From an uncultured Gammaproteobacteria bacterium (GTDB lineage: Bacteria; Patescibacteriota; Patescibacteriia; 2-12-FULL-57-11): a stretch of DNA of 64,000 nucleotides. The notes under the pieces were generated by a model that was not told the origin of the DNA, ran no database searches, and saw only the letters and a list, made by a program, of their open reading frames with translations. Positions 38,249 to 47,239 of the stretch are shown piece after piece (position 1 is the first letter of the stretch; each line of letters starts with the position of its first letter). The DNA is taken from NCBI GenBank assembly GCA_964648865.1, contig CAZYLV010000001.1, positions 84,509-148,508 of the forward strand, in the 5' to 3' direction. The position numbers and the translations under genes are program-made.

Positions 38249-39469
38249 TTACGGGACCTCCCGGTCGCGGTCAAGGACGCGGGAAAGGAGAAAGGCGCCG
38301 AGCAGCACGCCCGGCATCGTGGTCCAGAGATAGTGGTCCAGGAGCAGGAGCGGCACGGAGGCCGCGGCGAGGGCGAGCGCCACGGGCGGGAGGCGTACGG
38401 GCCGCGGCACGAGGGCGAGCAGGAACGCCAGGCCGAGAAGAAGCCCCACGACACCGAGCTCCGTGAGGAGCACGGCCGGCACGGCGTGCGGCGGCTCGAG
38501 CAGCGAGGCGCGCTGCGCGATGAGCGCCGGCACGGTGTTGCCGACCCCGACCCCGACGAGCGGGGTGTCGCGCACCAGGAAGCGCGCCTGCTGGAGCGCC
38601 AACGCGCGCTCGTCGATGGAGCGGACCTCGAGCCGACCGACGCCGGTCAACCGCGCGCCGAGGTAGGGCGCGGTGAGCACGGCAAAGACGGCGACGACCA
38701 CGCCGACCGTGGCGAGCCGCGCAAGGAGTCGCGCCCGCTGCGCCGAGACGAGGAGCAGGACGGCCGCCCCGGCCGCGGCGGCGAGCCACGCGCTGCGCGA
38801 GAAGCTCGCCATGAGCCCCGCGGCGAGAAGCGGCACCAGCCCGGTGATGATGAGCCCAGCTCTCCCCTGCCGCCGGTCGCCGAACGAGAGCACCAGCGCC
38901 CCGGCAAGCATGCCGCCCAGGACGTTGGGATGCGGGAGGGTACCGTACGCGCGCAGCAGCCTACCGGCCACGCTCTCGATGACGGAAGAGGGGCCAGCCG
39001 CGGCCTGCGCGGCCACGCCAAGCGCCGTCGAGGCACCGACCTCGTGCGCGTAGAGCTGCCAGAGGCCGAGCGCCGCCTGGAGCGCGGCAGCGAGCAGGAA
39101 GGCATCGCGGACGCGCGTCCGCTCGGGCGTGCGCACGATGAGCAGGAAGAGCAGCGCCGCGGCGAGGATGCGGACCCCGGCCTGGAGCGCCACGTCCGGA
39201 ACGGGCGCCCAGAGCGCCGAAGCGAACATCCAGCACAGGAAGGCCAGAAGGAGCGCCGCCGCGCGCGCCGGCAGCGCCAGCGGCCGCGCACCCGCCAGGA
39301 GCGCCAGGGCGACGGCAAGGAACGTGAGGACCTCGAGCGCGAACAGCGATCGGGTCAGCGCCTCGACCTCCCCCACGGAAAAGATGAGCCGCGCGCCCCA
39401 CGGCAGCAGGAAGACGATGAGGGGCGCGCTCCAGGCGTCTGCCGCGCGGATGAGCGTCCGCAGGGTCAT
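38249..39469 (-). CDS. O-antigen ligase/polymerase-like polytopic membrane protein
   Basis: Ten or more hydrophobic helices. A loop containing SFSRSAWLA resembles Wzy_C-type families. The start was trimmed to ATG 39469 (MTLRTLIR). ATGA overlap with the upstream gene. Confidence 0.5.
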   Translation of the reverse strand: MTLRTLIRAADAWSAPLIVFLLPWGARLIFSVGEVEALTRSLFALEVLTFLAVALALLAGARPLALPARAAALLLAFLCWMFASALWAPVPDVALQAGVRILAAALLFLLIVRTPERTRVRDAFLLAAALQAALGLWQLYAHEVGASTALGVAAQAAAGPSSVIESVAGRLLRAYGTLPHPNVLGGMLAGALVLSFGDRRQGRAGLIITGLVPLLAAGLMASFSRSAWLAAAAGAAVLLLVSAQRARLLARLATVGVVVAVFAVLTAPYLGARLTGVGRLEVRSIDERALALQQARFLVRDTPLVGVGVGNTVPALIAQRASLLEPPHAVPAVLLTELGVVGLLLGLAFLLALVPRPVRLPPVALALAAASVPLLLLDHYLWTTMPGVLLGAFLLSRVLDRDREVP

Positions 39470-40218
39470 AGGCCGAGCGGCGTGGCGTCGAGGACGACGA
39501 GGGTCCGCTCGCCGGGAGGCACCGCGTGCGGGACGAGCCGCAGCACGAACTTCCCGGAGAAAGCCTCGGGGAAACGGCGGACGAGCAGGTGGCGGATCGC
39601 GGGCGGCGTCAGGCGCCGCGGCACGAGCCCCCCGCCCATGAAATTGCGCTGCTCCCCGGAGACATGCAGGCCGACGTCGCCGATCAGGCGGAGCAGGTCC
39701 GCGCGGCGCAGGAAACGCACGTGGCCGTACTCCCAGGGCAAGGCGCCGTACCTGCGGTGCGACCAGTGGACGATGCCGCGCCCGGCGAGCATCTCCAGGC
39801 GGTTGCGGAGGTCGAAGTGGTTGGGATACGCGAGCAGCAGGCAACCTTGCGTGCGAAGGGCGCGCCGCGCCTCGCGGAGCACGGCGGCATGGTCCACGGT
39901 GTGCTCGAGGACGTCGAGGAGCAAGACGACGTCGAAGGACGCCGCGTCGACCGGCCACGGCCGCTCGGCGTCGCCGGCGACGGCCTCGATGCCGGCGGCA
40001 CGGGCGGCGGCGAGCGCCGTGGGGTTGGCGTCCAATCCGACGACGGCATGGCCGCCGGCCAGGAAGACGCGGCTCAGCCGACCGTCACCGCAGCCGACGT
40101 CGAGGATGCGCAGGCGCTCGCCCGGCGGGAAGAGGGCGGCGACTTTGACCGCGCCGGAATCGTGGCCGTAGGTGCGCGTCCGCTCATGCAAGCGGGCGCT
40201 CGGGGACGTCCAATCCAT
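39466..40218 (-). CDS. class I SAM-dependent methyltransferase
   Basis: Motif I ILDVGCGDGRLS. The start was trimmed to MDWTSP. Confidence 0.65.
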   Translation of the reverse strand: MDWTSPSARLHERTRTYGHDSGAVKVAALFPPGERLRILDVGCGDGRLSRVFLAGGHAVVGLDANPTALAAARAAGIEAVAGDAERPWPVDAASFDVVLLLDVLEHTVDHAAVLREARRALRTQGCLLLAYPNHFDLRNRLEMLAGRGIVHWSHRRYGALPWEYGHVRFLRRADLLRLIGDVGLHVSGEQRNFMGGGLVPRRLTPPAIRHLLVRRFPEAFSGKFVLRLVPHAVPPGERTLVVLDATPLGL

Positions 40219-41146
40219 AGCGTCGCAAGCGATGGTACCACGCCTGGGCCATCTCCTCGCGGTTGTCGCGCTCGTGGAACTTGAGCACGTCGTCGGAGAT
40301 GACCACGTCCGTGCCGCCGCGACGGCTGCGGCTCCCGGTGTTGGCGGAGAAGCGGCGCATCTGGAGTGCGCGCAACCGGTCCTCGAGGGCATCGCCCAGC
40401 CGGCCGGCCAGCAGGCGCTCGAGGGCGTCCCGCACGGGACGCGTCAGCGGCCACGGGCGGAGATCCTCCGTGGACCGGCGCAACGCGGCGTTGGGCAACG
40501 GCGCGAGCAACGCGGCGTTGGCCTCCCAGAACCGGCCGAAGATGCCGTCGCGCCCGAAGAGCACGTGCGCGTTGGCGCACCAGAACCGCAGCAGCGGGTC
40601 GTCCGGCTTCTTGGTGAGGGGCATGAGGTCGAGCGCGCGGTCGCTGACGGTGAAGGACAGGCACAGGCGATCGGCGACGAAGCGGCCGTGCCGGCGCACG
40701 CCGAAGAGCTGGGTCAGCGCGACGGTCAGGAAGCGCACCGTGAACATGCGGCCGCCGCGGGAGATGAGCAGCAGATCGATGTCCGAGTCGCGGCGGCTGG
40801 CGCCGATGGGGAGCGTGTTGACCGCCGCCGCGCCCAGCAGGAAGGGCACGCATTGCAGCAGCCGCGTCCCGCGCCGCAGGCGGCGCCACTTGCGCAGGGC
40901 ATCGGCCTCGCGCAGCAGGCGCTCGGCGGGCGGCGCGGCGTCGGGCAGGTACCAGTAACCGTCCTGCGCCCGGAGCCGTCCGGCGGCGACGAGCGTGGGA
41001 AGAGCCGCCTCGACGTCGGCGAGGGAGGGCGGCGCATCGGCGGAATCCCAAAACAGGTTCCGCCAGGCCTCGAGGGCCGTCAGCGGAACCTGGAACAACG
41101 AAAAGTAGGAGAGGGTGGCGAGCGTGGCGCGCTCGACCGGCGTCAT
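40184..41146 (-). CDS. nucleotidyltransferase-fold protein (pol-beta superfamily-like)
   Basis: GASRRDSDIDLLLI resembles the GS...D.D NTase signature. The rest is unrecognised. Confidence 0.4.
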   Translation of the reverse strand: MTPVERATLATLSYFSLFQVPLTALEAWRNLFWDSADAPPSLADVEAALPTLVAAGRLRAQDGYWYLPDAAPPAERLLREADALRKWRRLRRGTRLLQCVPFLLGAAAVNTLPIGASRRDSDIDLLLISRGGRMFTVRFLTVALTQLFGVRRHGRFVADRLCLSFTVSDRALDLMPLTKKPDDPLLRFWCANAHVLFGRDGIFGRFWEANAALLAPLPNAALRRSTEDLRPWPLTRPVRDALERLLAGRLGDALEDRLRALQMRRFSANTGSRSRRGGTDVVISDDVLKFHERDNREEMAQAWYHRLRRYGLDVPERPLA

Positions 41147-41147
41147 A

Positions 41148-41936
41148 TCAGGCGGCCGGACCGACAGGCGCCTGGGCGGATGGCGGGGACGGCGGCGTCG
41201 GCAGGGAGGGCGTCTTCGGCTCCTTCTGGAAGAACAGCCACTGCTGGCCGACCGTCAGCAGGTTCATGGTCAGCCAGTAGAGCGCGAGTCCACCCGGGAA
41301 CTGCAGGCCGATGATGAAGGTCAGGATCGGCATCAGGAAGGTCATCTGCCGGTTCATGGCGGCCAACGTGTCCTCGTCCTTGGAGCCGGGAAGCTTGGCG
41401 GCGGGCTTGGGCTGCGGCGAGAGCATCAGCGTCTGCCAGAGCTGGGTGAGGCCCGCGAGCAGGGCCAGCGGCCAGGAGCGCGCGGCCAGGTCGATGACGC
41501 CGAGGAACGTGGCGTCGATGCTGCCCGGATTGGCGACGAAGGGGTAGAGCATGTCGAAACCGCCGTTGGTCAACCCGGTCTGCAACGCCCGATAGAGCGC
41601 GATGAGGAACGGCAGCTGGATCAGCAACGGCAGGCACGAAGAGAAGGGACTGACCTTCTCCGAGGCGTAGAGCTCCATCGTGGCGCGGGCCTGCTTCTCC
41701 TTGTCGTCCTTGTACTGTTCCTGGATGGCCTTGAGCTTGGGCTGGAGCGCGGTGAGCGCACGCTGGCTCTTGAGCGACTGCAGCGAGAACGGGAAGAGGA
41801 CGATCTTGAGGATGACCGTGATCAGGATGATGGCGATGCCGATGTCCTGCCCGGGGACGACGTCGTAGAGCCAGACGAGCAGGTTGAAGATCGGCTGGTA
41901 GAAGACGGCGTTGAAGAGCTGTACGACGATGGCCAT
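41148..41936 (-). CDS. yidC: membrane protein insertase YidC, short (monoderm-type) form
   Basis: It is 262 aa with no large periplasmic domain. Five helices. Conserved LYRALQTGL and LYWLTMNLLTVGQQ regions. Pro/Ser-rich tail. Confidence 0.85.
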   Translation of the reverse strand: MAIVVQLFNAVFYQPIFNLLVWLYDVVPGQDIGIAIILITVILKIVLFPFSLQSLKSQRALTALQPKLKAIQEQYKDDKEKQARATMELYASEKVSPFSSCLPLLIQLPFLIALYRALQTGLTNGGFDMLYPFVANPGSIDATFLGVIDLAARSWPLALLAGLTQLWQTLMLSPQPKPAAKLPGSKDEDTLAAMNRQMTFLMPILTFIIGLQFPGGLALYWLTMNLLTVGQQWLFFQKEPKTPSLPTPPSPPSAQAPVGPAA

Positions 41937-41942
41937 AGGCGG

Positions 41943-43280
41943 TTATTCAGCGGCGGCATCCTCGGTCGCGGGCTCCTGCGGGGTCTCCGCCGGGACGTCC
42001 GCGGACACGGCGGACCCCGAAGCGGCCGCATCCTCCGCGGGCGCTTCGGCGGGCGTCTCGGCCGGGGCCTCGCCTTCCGCCGGCGCGCCCTCGGCTTCGA
42101 CCACGTTGATCTTCCAACCGGTGAGCCGGGCGGCGAGCCGCACGTTCTGCCCGCCGCGGCCGATGGCAAGCGAGAGCTGCTCGCGGACCACGAGCACGCG
42201 CGCCGTCTTGGTCTCCTCGTCGAGCTCGACGCCGGCGACCTGCGCGGGGGAGAGCGCGTTGCGGATGAAGACGGCCGGATCGGCGTGCCACTCGATGATG
42301 TCGACCTTCTCCCCGCCCATCTCGGCGATGACCGTCTGGATGCGGGCGCCGCGCTGACCGATGCACGAACCGATGGGATCGACGTTCTCCTGCGTCGAGG
42401 AGACGGCCACCTTGGTGCGGCTGCCGGGCTCGCGGGCGATGGCGTGGATGAGCACCGCGCCGGAGGCGACCTCGGGGATCTCGAGCGCGAAGAGCTTGCG
42501 CACCATCTCCGGATGGGTGCGGGTCAGGCGGATCTCCGGACCCTTGCTCGTCATGGCCACGGCATTGACGAACACCTTGACCCGGTCGCCGGGCGTGTAA
42601 CGCTCGGTCGGCATCTGGTCCTCGGGCAGCATCACGCCGGTGACGCGGCCCAGGTCCACGAGGACCACGCGGCCCTCGCGGCGCTGGACGACGCCCACCA
42701 GCATCTCCCCTTCCTTGCCCTTGAACTCCTCGAACAGCTTGAAGCGCTCGGCCTCGCGCAGCCGCTGGGTGATGACCTGCTTGGCGGTCTGCGCGGCCAT
42801 GCGGCCGTAGGCGGCGGGGATCTCCAGCTCGATGCGCAGCGTCTCGCCGATCTCGGCGTCCGGCTTGATGGCCCGGGCCTCGGTCAGCGAGAGGTGGAGC
42901 TTGGGGTTGTACTTCTCTTCCTCGGTAGGCTCGCCGGAAGCGACGATCTCGCCGGGGGCGACGCGCGGGATCTCCGGCTCCACGGGCTCCGGCGGCAGCT
43001 CGATGCCGGCCTCGGCCGCGGCGGCCGCGGCGGCGGCCTTCTCCTCCATCTCCTTGATGGCCTGGGCGACGAACTCGTCGGAGACGACGGTCTTCACGTC
43101 GAAGACGCGCGAGCCGCCGGTCTCCGCCTCGAACTCGACCTTGATGTTCTGGTTCTTGTTGCCGAAATCCTTGCGGTAGGCGGCGGCGAGCGCGGCCTCG
43201 ATGGTCTCGATGACGGCATCGTAGGAGATGCCTTTCTCATCGCAGATCTGCTGGATGGCTTGGACGATGGGAGACGACAT
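41943..43280 (-). CDS. nusA: transcription termination/antitermination factor NusA
   Basis: N-terminal RNAP-binding domain (VQAIQQICDEKGISYDAV), S1 and KH regions. Acidic Ala/Glu/Pro-rich C-terminal tail. The start was trimmed to MSSPIVQ. Confidence 0.85.
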   Translation of the reverse strand: MSSPIVQAIQQICDEKGISYDAVIETIEAALAAAYRKDFGNKNQNIKVEFEAETGGSRVFDVKTVVSDEFVAQAIKEMEEKAAAAAAAAEAGIELPPEPVEPEIPRVAPGEIVASGEPTEEEKYNPKLHLSLTEARAIKPDAEIGETLRIELEIPAAYGRMAAQTAKQVITQRLREAERFKLFEEFKGKEGEMLVGVVQRREGRVVLVDLGRVTGVMLPEDQMPTERYTPGDRVKVFVNAVAMTSKGPEIRLTRTHPEMVRKLFALEIPEVASGAVLIHAIAREPGSRTKVAVSSTQENVDPIGSCIGQRGARIQTVIAEMGGEKVDIIEWHADPAVFIRNALSPAQVAGVELDEETKTARVLVVREQLSLAIGRGGQNVRLAARLTGWKINVVEAEGAPAEGEAPAETPAEAPAEDAAASGSAVSADVPAETPQEPATEDAAAE

Positions 43281-43360
43281 GATGGTTCTCTTCAAGAAAA
43301 CGACCCGCGCCGTAAGGCCCAGGTCAGATGCGTATAGGATACCAACCGTCGCTCTTGTCG

Positions 43361-43675
43361 TCAAGAGGTCGCTCCTCGACGCTCGAGACGCTCATAGCTG
43401 CCGCGAAGCGCAGCGATTTCGCTCTCGTGGCGGTTCGCGAGGACCAAAAAATCATCCATCCGGTTGAACGTCCGCTCGTGCCGATGTTCCAGTGTCGTCA
43501 GCCGGCCCTCGATCCCGTCCAAGCGGTGGTCGTTATCGACCAGACGGATCTCGATCCTGTCCAGGCGCTTTTCCACGCCATCGAACCGGTTGTCGACCGC
43601 CGCGAATCCGCCCGCGACCACTAGCGCAAAATCATCGAACTTCTTGTCCAGATACCGCTTCGTCTCCGTATCCAT
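43361..43675 (-). CDS. hypothetical small coiled-coil protein
   Basis: 104 aa. Heptad-like repeats RLDRIEIRL and RLDGIEGRL. Lower GC than its neighbours. Confidence 0.45.
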   Translation of the reverse strand: MDTETKRYLDKKFDDFALVVAGGFAAVDNRFDGVEKRLDRIEIRLVDNDHRLDGIEGRLTTLEHRHERTFNRMDDFLVLANRHESEIAALRGSYERLERRGATS

Positions 43676-43753
43676 ACGTCCCTATGGTACACGAGCCGTC
43701 GACACCAAGACGACCTGCGGTGTCTTGTCAATCCCACCACCTGTGGATGACCG

Positions 43754-44242
43754 CTACGGATACCGCCTGCGGTCCAACAGGTAATCGGAGATGTACTCCT
43801 TCCACCGCGCGCGCTGGTCCCTTGTCAGGTCCTTATAGCACCCGAGCTTTCCGGTGCAGCTCGGCGCGCCGCAGGCACAGCGACGGTCCTTTGCGGAGAG
43901 TTCGTCCCCGTAGCCGTACCCCAAGAACCCGTAATGCGTGACCACCTCCTCACCAGGCGCGATGTCCCGCATTGCCACGAACCACGTACGGTAACGGATG
44001 CCGACGTTCGGCTCGCACGAGTGGCAGATGTACTGGCAGAGATTGCCCTTCGGCAAGCGGGGTTCGATCTTCAGTTCGTGGTCGACGGGAATCGTATATG
44101 CGGTCGCCTCACCGACAAGCGGACCGAAGGCGACGAACACGAGGTCACCCTTCTTGAAGGCGCGCCTGGCGAAGAGACTTTTCCCATAGGGAGGCCGATG
44201 CTTGGCGATGACGTTATCCTCGATCCGATAACGCCTAGGCAT
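43754..44242 (-). CDS. SET domain protein (putative protein lysine methyltransferase)
   Basis: Core motifs CHSCEPN (NHSCxPN-like), EEVVTHYG (ELTxDY-like) and post-SET CACGAPSCTG. N-SET-like GKSLFARRAFKKGDLVF. The start was trimmed to MPRRYRIED. It overlaps the upstream gene by 8 nt. Confidence 0.75.
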   Translation of the reverse strand: MPRRYRIEDNVIAKHRPPYGKSLFARRAFKKGDLVFVAFGPLVGEATAYTIPVDHELKIEPRLPKGNLCQYICHSCEPNVGIRYRTWFVAMRDIAPGEEVVTHYGFLGYGYGDELSAKDRRCACGAPSCTGKLGCYKDLTRDQRARWKEYISDYLLDRRRYP

Positions 44243-44999
44243 CCCAGCGGAACGTCTCAATATCGATGCGGGAGAAATCATAGAGCTTCTTCGCCACGAG
44301 GTCGTAGTAATGGTTCTGGTACACGTTGCGCGGATTCCGATACCCCAAGAAGTCCTTTTGGAACAGGTAGGTTTCCGTTCGCAACGGCCCCCCGGGATAG
44401 CACAACAGCACCCAATCTTGGCGATGCTGGATGAATTCGTTGGGGAAGGAAGCCTTCCCCTTGGCGATGAGGTAAAAGAGGACGCTCTCTTCCAGGATGA
44501 ACTGCTGATGTTGCCGCAAGGGACGTTCCGCGACCGCCATGGCATCCGCCCGCACGAACGCGCGCAGCCGCGCATCGCTCTTCATCAGTTCCCGCGCCCT
44601 CTGCATGGCCAACGGGTACTCCCGGGTCTGAAGCAAGAGTTCCCCCCACGTCATGAAGGAGAACGCCTTCCGCACGTACAAGGCGCTTTTCTCCACTGCC
44701 CGCTCGATGCCGAACTTGTGCGCGAACATCTGTCCGAGATACCGCTCACGCGCTTTCGCCGGCGGATCCTTCTCGGTGAGCATGTAGAGGTAATCGGCGT
44801 ACAGCGTCGTCAAGCCGACACCCTCCGTCCTCTTGATCTTATGGTACAGGGGTTCGAGGTGCCTCATGCAGGCTGCCGGACTCTGGGAGTTCCCGATGCG
44901 GGACATCGAGATGCCGAAGACCAGCATGCCGTGCTCTGACGGAAACTGGTTGATGTCGTAGAACTCGTTGCGTTTGAGCATATGTCCTAGGTGGCCCAC
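44235..44999 (-). CDS. hypothetical protein, possible cyclodipeptide synthase (CDPS)-like fold
   Basis: VFGIS at residues ~28-31, a YLIAK segment at ~176-180, and LLCYP with Tyr ~201 followed by Pro. These positions mirror the CDPS GxS / Y178-E182 / Y202-P203 (XYP-type) layout, but Glu182 is not evident. The start is either GTG 44999, overlapping the cysS stop, or ATG 44981. Lower GC than the surrounding genes. Confidence 0.5.
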   Translation of the reverse strand: MGHLGHMLKRNEFYDINQFPSEHGMLVFGISMSRIGNSQSPAACMRHLEPLYHKIKRTEGVGLTTLYADYLYMLTEKDPPAKARERYLGQMFAHKFGIERAVEKSALYVRKAFSFMTWGELLLQTREYPLAMQRARELMKSDARLRAFVRADAMAVAERPLRQHQQFILEESVLFYLIAKGKASFPNEFIQHRQDWVLLCYPGGPLRTETYLFQKDFLGYRNPRNVYQNHYYDLVAKKLYDFSRIDIETFRWDA

Positions 45000-46414
45000 G
45001 GATCCCGCTGCCAGACGGTGCCGCCCGGCGTGTTGCGCACCTCGATCCCCCGCTTCTGCAGGTCGGCGCGCAGTGCATCGGCCGCGGCAAAATCCTTGGC
45101 GGCCCGCGCCGCCTCCAGCTGCTCCAATAGCGCCGATTCCTCGGCCGAGAGCGGACGCTTAGCAGCGGCGCGCCACAGCGGCAGCCCGGCATCAATGACG
45201 CCGAATACTTGATCGGCCTCCGACAGAATCTGCCGCAGCACTCCTGCGTCGCCGCGCGAGAGCCCCGGACGCTCGGCGTGCTTCACGACATCAAATACCG
45301 CCGCGGCTGCGGCCGGCGTGTTGAGGTCATCATCCATGGCCGCGACGATGGCGGCACGCGCCGAGACGGCGATCTTCGCCGTCTCGGCATCATCGACCGC
45401 ATCGCTCCTGGCCTCGAGCGCCTCGAGTCGATCAGCCGCGGCGAGCAACCGCGCCAGCGCGCTCTTGGCCGCGGGCATGGAATCGTCCGTGAAGCTAAGC
45501 GGGCTGCGGTAGTGCGAACTCACGATGAGCCAACGGAAGGCCAGCGCCTCGAGATCGCTCTTGGCGACGTCAGCGAGGGTCAGGACGTTACCCACGCGCT
45601 TGGCCATCTTCTCCCCGCTCATCGTGAGGAAGCCGCGGTGGAACCAATACTTCACGAAGGGATGCTTGCCGGTGACGCCCTCGGCCTGCGCGATCTCGTT
45701 GGTGTGGTGCGGGAAGACCAGGTCGGCGGCGCCGGTATGGATGTCGATCCGGTCGCCGAGATGCCGCCGGATCATGGCCGAGCACTCGATGTGCCAACCC
45801 GGCCGCCCCTTCCCGAGCGGCGTCTCCCAATACACCGGACCGTCCTCCTCCTTCCAGCACTTCCAGAGCACGAAGTCCTCGACCGCGTCCTTGTCGTAGT
45901 CGTCGCTGTCGATGCGGTGCTTGACCGGCGCCTTCTTGCGCTTGGCGAGGCCGGCGAGCGCGCCGTAGCCCGGGAACTTCGCGATGGCGAAATACACGGA
46001 CCCGTCCTTCTCGTACGCCAAGCCCTTCTCGAGCAGCACCTGGATGTCCGCGACCATGGCCTCGATGTTCTTGGTGGCATGCACGATGGTCGGGAGCACG
46101 ACGTTCAGCCGCCGCAGGTCCTCGCGGAAGAGCGCTTCGTACGTGGCCGTGAACTCGGCAAGAGGCAATCCGGCCTCGGCAGCGCCGCGGATGGTCTTGT
46201 CGTCCACGTCGGTGATGTTCATGACGTGGTCGACGGCGAAGCCGGACGCCGTGAGCCAGCGCTTGAGCACGTCGGCCGCCAGGAAGGACGAGAGGTTGCC
46301 GATGTGGGCGACGTTATAGACCGTCGGGCCGCAGGTGTACATCGTCACGCGCTCGCCGAGCTGACGGAAGTCCTCCTTGGTGCCGGAGGCGGTGTTGAAG
46401 AGACGGAGCGGCAT
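44987..46414 (-). CDS. cysS: cysteine--tRNA ligase
   Basis: CGPTVYNVAHIGN (HIGH-type), KMAKRVGN (KMSKS-type) and a Zn-binding Cys context. GGAGG SD 9 nt upstream of ATG 46414. The track's upstream extension is junk. Confidence 0.9.
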   Translation of the reverse strand: MPLRLFNTASGTKEDFRQLGERVTMYTCGPTVYNVAHIGNLSSFLAADVLKRWLTASGFAVDHVMNITDVDDKTIRGAAEAGLPLAEFTATYEALFREDLRRLNVVLPTIVHATKNIEAMVADIQVLLEKGLAYEKDGSVYFAIAKFPGYGALAGLAKRKKAPVKHRIDSDDYDKDAVEDFVLWKCWKEEDGPVYWETPLGKGRPGWHIECSAMIRRHLGDRIDIHTGAADLVFPHHTNEIAQAEGVTGKHPFVKYWFHRGFLTMSGEKMAKRVGNVLTLADVAKSDLEALAFRWLIVSSHYRSPLSFTDDSMPAAKSALARLLAAADRLEALEARSDAVDDAETAKIAVSARAAIVAAMDDDLNTPAAAAAVFDVVKHAERPGLSRGDAGVLRQILSEADQVFGVIDAGLPLWRAAAKRPLSAEESALLEQLEAARAAKDFAAADALRADLQKRGIEVRNTPGGTVWQRDPWAT

Positions 46415-46450
46415 AGAAAAGCGCCTCCAGCGTAGCCGAGGCACCGGGCG

Positions 46451-46843
46451 TTGACAATGCGCGGCCGGGATGGTCAGGTGGCCGCGGAGGTCCTTTTGCA
46501 CGAACCGTTCTATTTCACCGGGGCCTACGTCCTCGGCATGCTCGCGGCCATCAGCTACAAGGTGCTCGTCCCGGCCCTCAAGCACCGCATGCGCCAGGAG
46601 TTCCAGCTGCGGCTCCTGGTCATCCCCTCGGTCGTGGGGGTGATGCTGGCCCTGCCGCTGGTCTTCATGGCGCTGCCGGCGCTGGGGCCGCCGCGCGGCG
46701 TCTTCGTCTCGGACTTCGCCTACGCCTTCTTCACGGCGTACACGGTCCTCGACGTGGTCTCCGACCTGTTCCGGCTGCAGGAAGAGTGGAAGCGCTACAT
46801 CGAACGCAAGACGGGCAAGCCGCCCGTCGATCCCACCGGGTGA
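46451..46843 (+). CDS. hypothetical small membrane protein
   Basis: Three hydrophobic helices. The true start is uncertain: ATG 46457, or a TTG after GGAGG at ~46490. The gene is divergent from cysS. Confidence 0.4.
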   Translation: MTMRGRDGQVAAEVLLHEPFYFTGAYVLGMLAAISYKVLVPALKHRMRQEFQLRLLVIPSVVGVMLALPLVFMALPALGPPRGVFVSDFAYAFFTAYTVLDVVSDLFRLQEEWKRYIERKTGKPPVDPTG

Positions 46844-46863
46844 CCCCACCCGTTTTTTTGTCG

Positions 46864-47235
46864 TCAGCCGAACCCCTCGCCGACGTCCTCCAGATGCCGG
46901 ATCGCCGGGCGACCGTCGGCGCCGGGCGTGATGGCGATGACGTCGATCTGCCGATCGAGGTGCTGCCAGCCGCGGCCCTCCAGGAACCGCTCGGCCACGG
47001 CGGCGATCTTGCGGAGCTTCGTCGCGGTCACGGCTTCCTCCGGCGGACCGAAGTCGGCGGACGTCCTGGTCTTCACTTCGACGAAGCGCACGCCGTGGCC
47101 GTCACGGACGATGAGGTCCACCTCGCCGTGGCGCGTACGCCAGCCGCGGGCCAGCACGGCGAACCCTTTGGCGGCCAAAAAGCGCGCCGCCAGGTCCTCG
47201 CCGGAGGAACCGAGGGAGCGGCGCGCGTCGGTCAT
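46864..47235 (-). CDS. yraN: YraN family (UPF0102) endonuclease-like protein
   Basis: GEVDLIVRDGHGVRFVEVKTR fits the UPF0102 pattern. The start was trimmed to MTDARR. Confidence 0.65.
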   Translation of the reverse strand: MTDARRSLGSSGEDLAARFLAAKGFAVLARGWRTRHGEVDLIVRDGHGVRFVEVKTRTSADFGPPEEAVTATKLRKIAAVAERFLEGRGWQHLDRQIDVIAITPGADGRPAIRHLEDVGEGFG

Positions 47236-47239
47236 GGGA

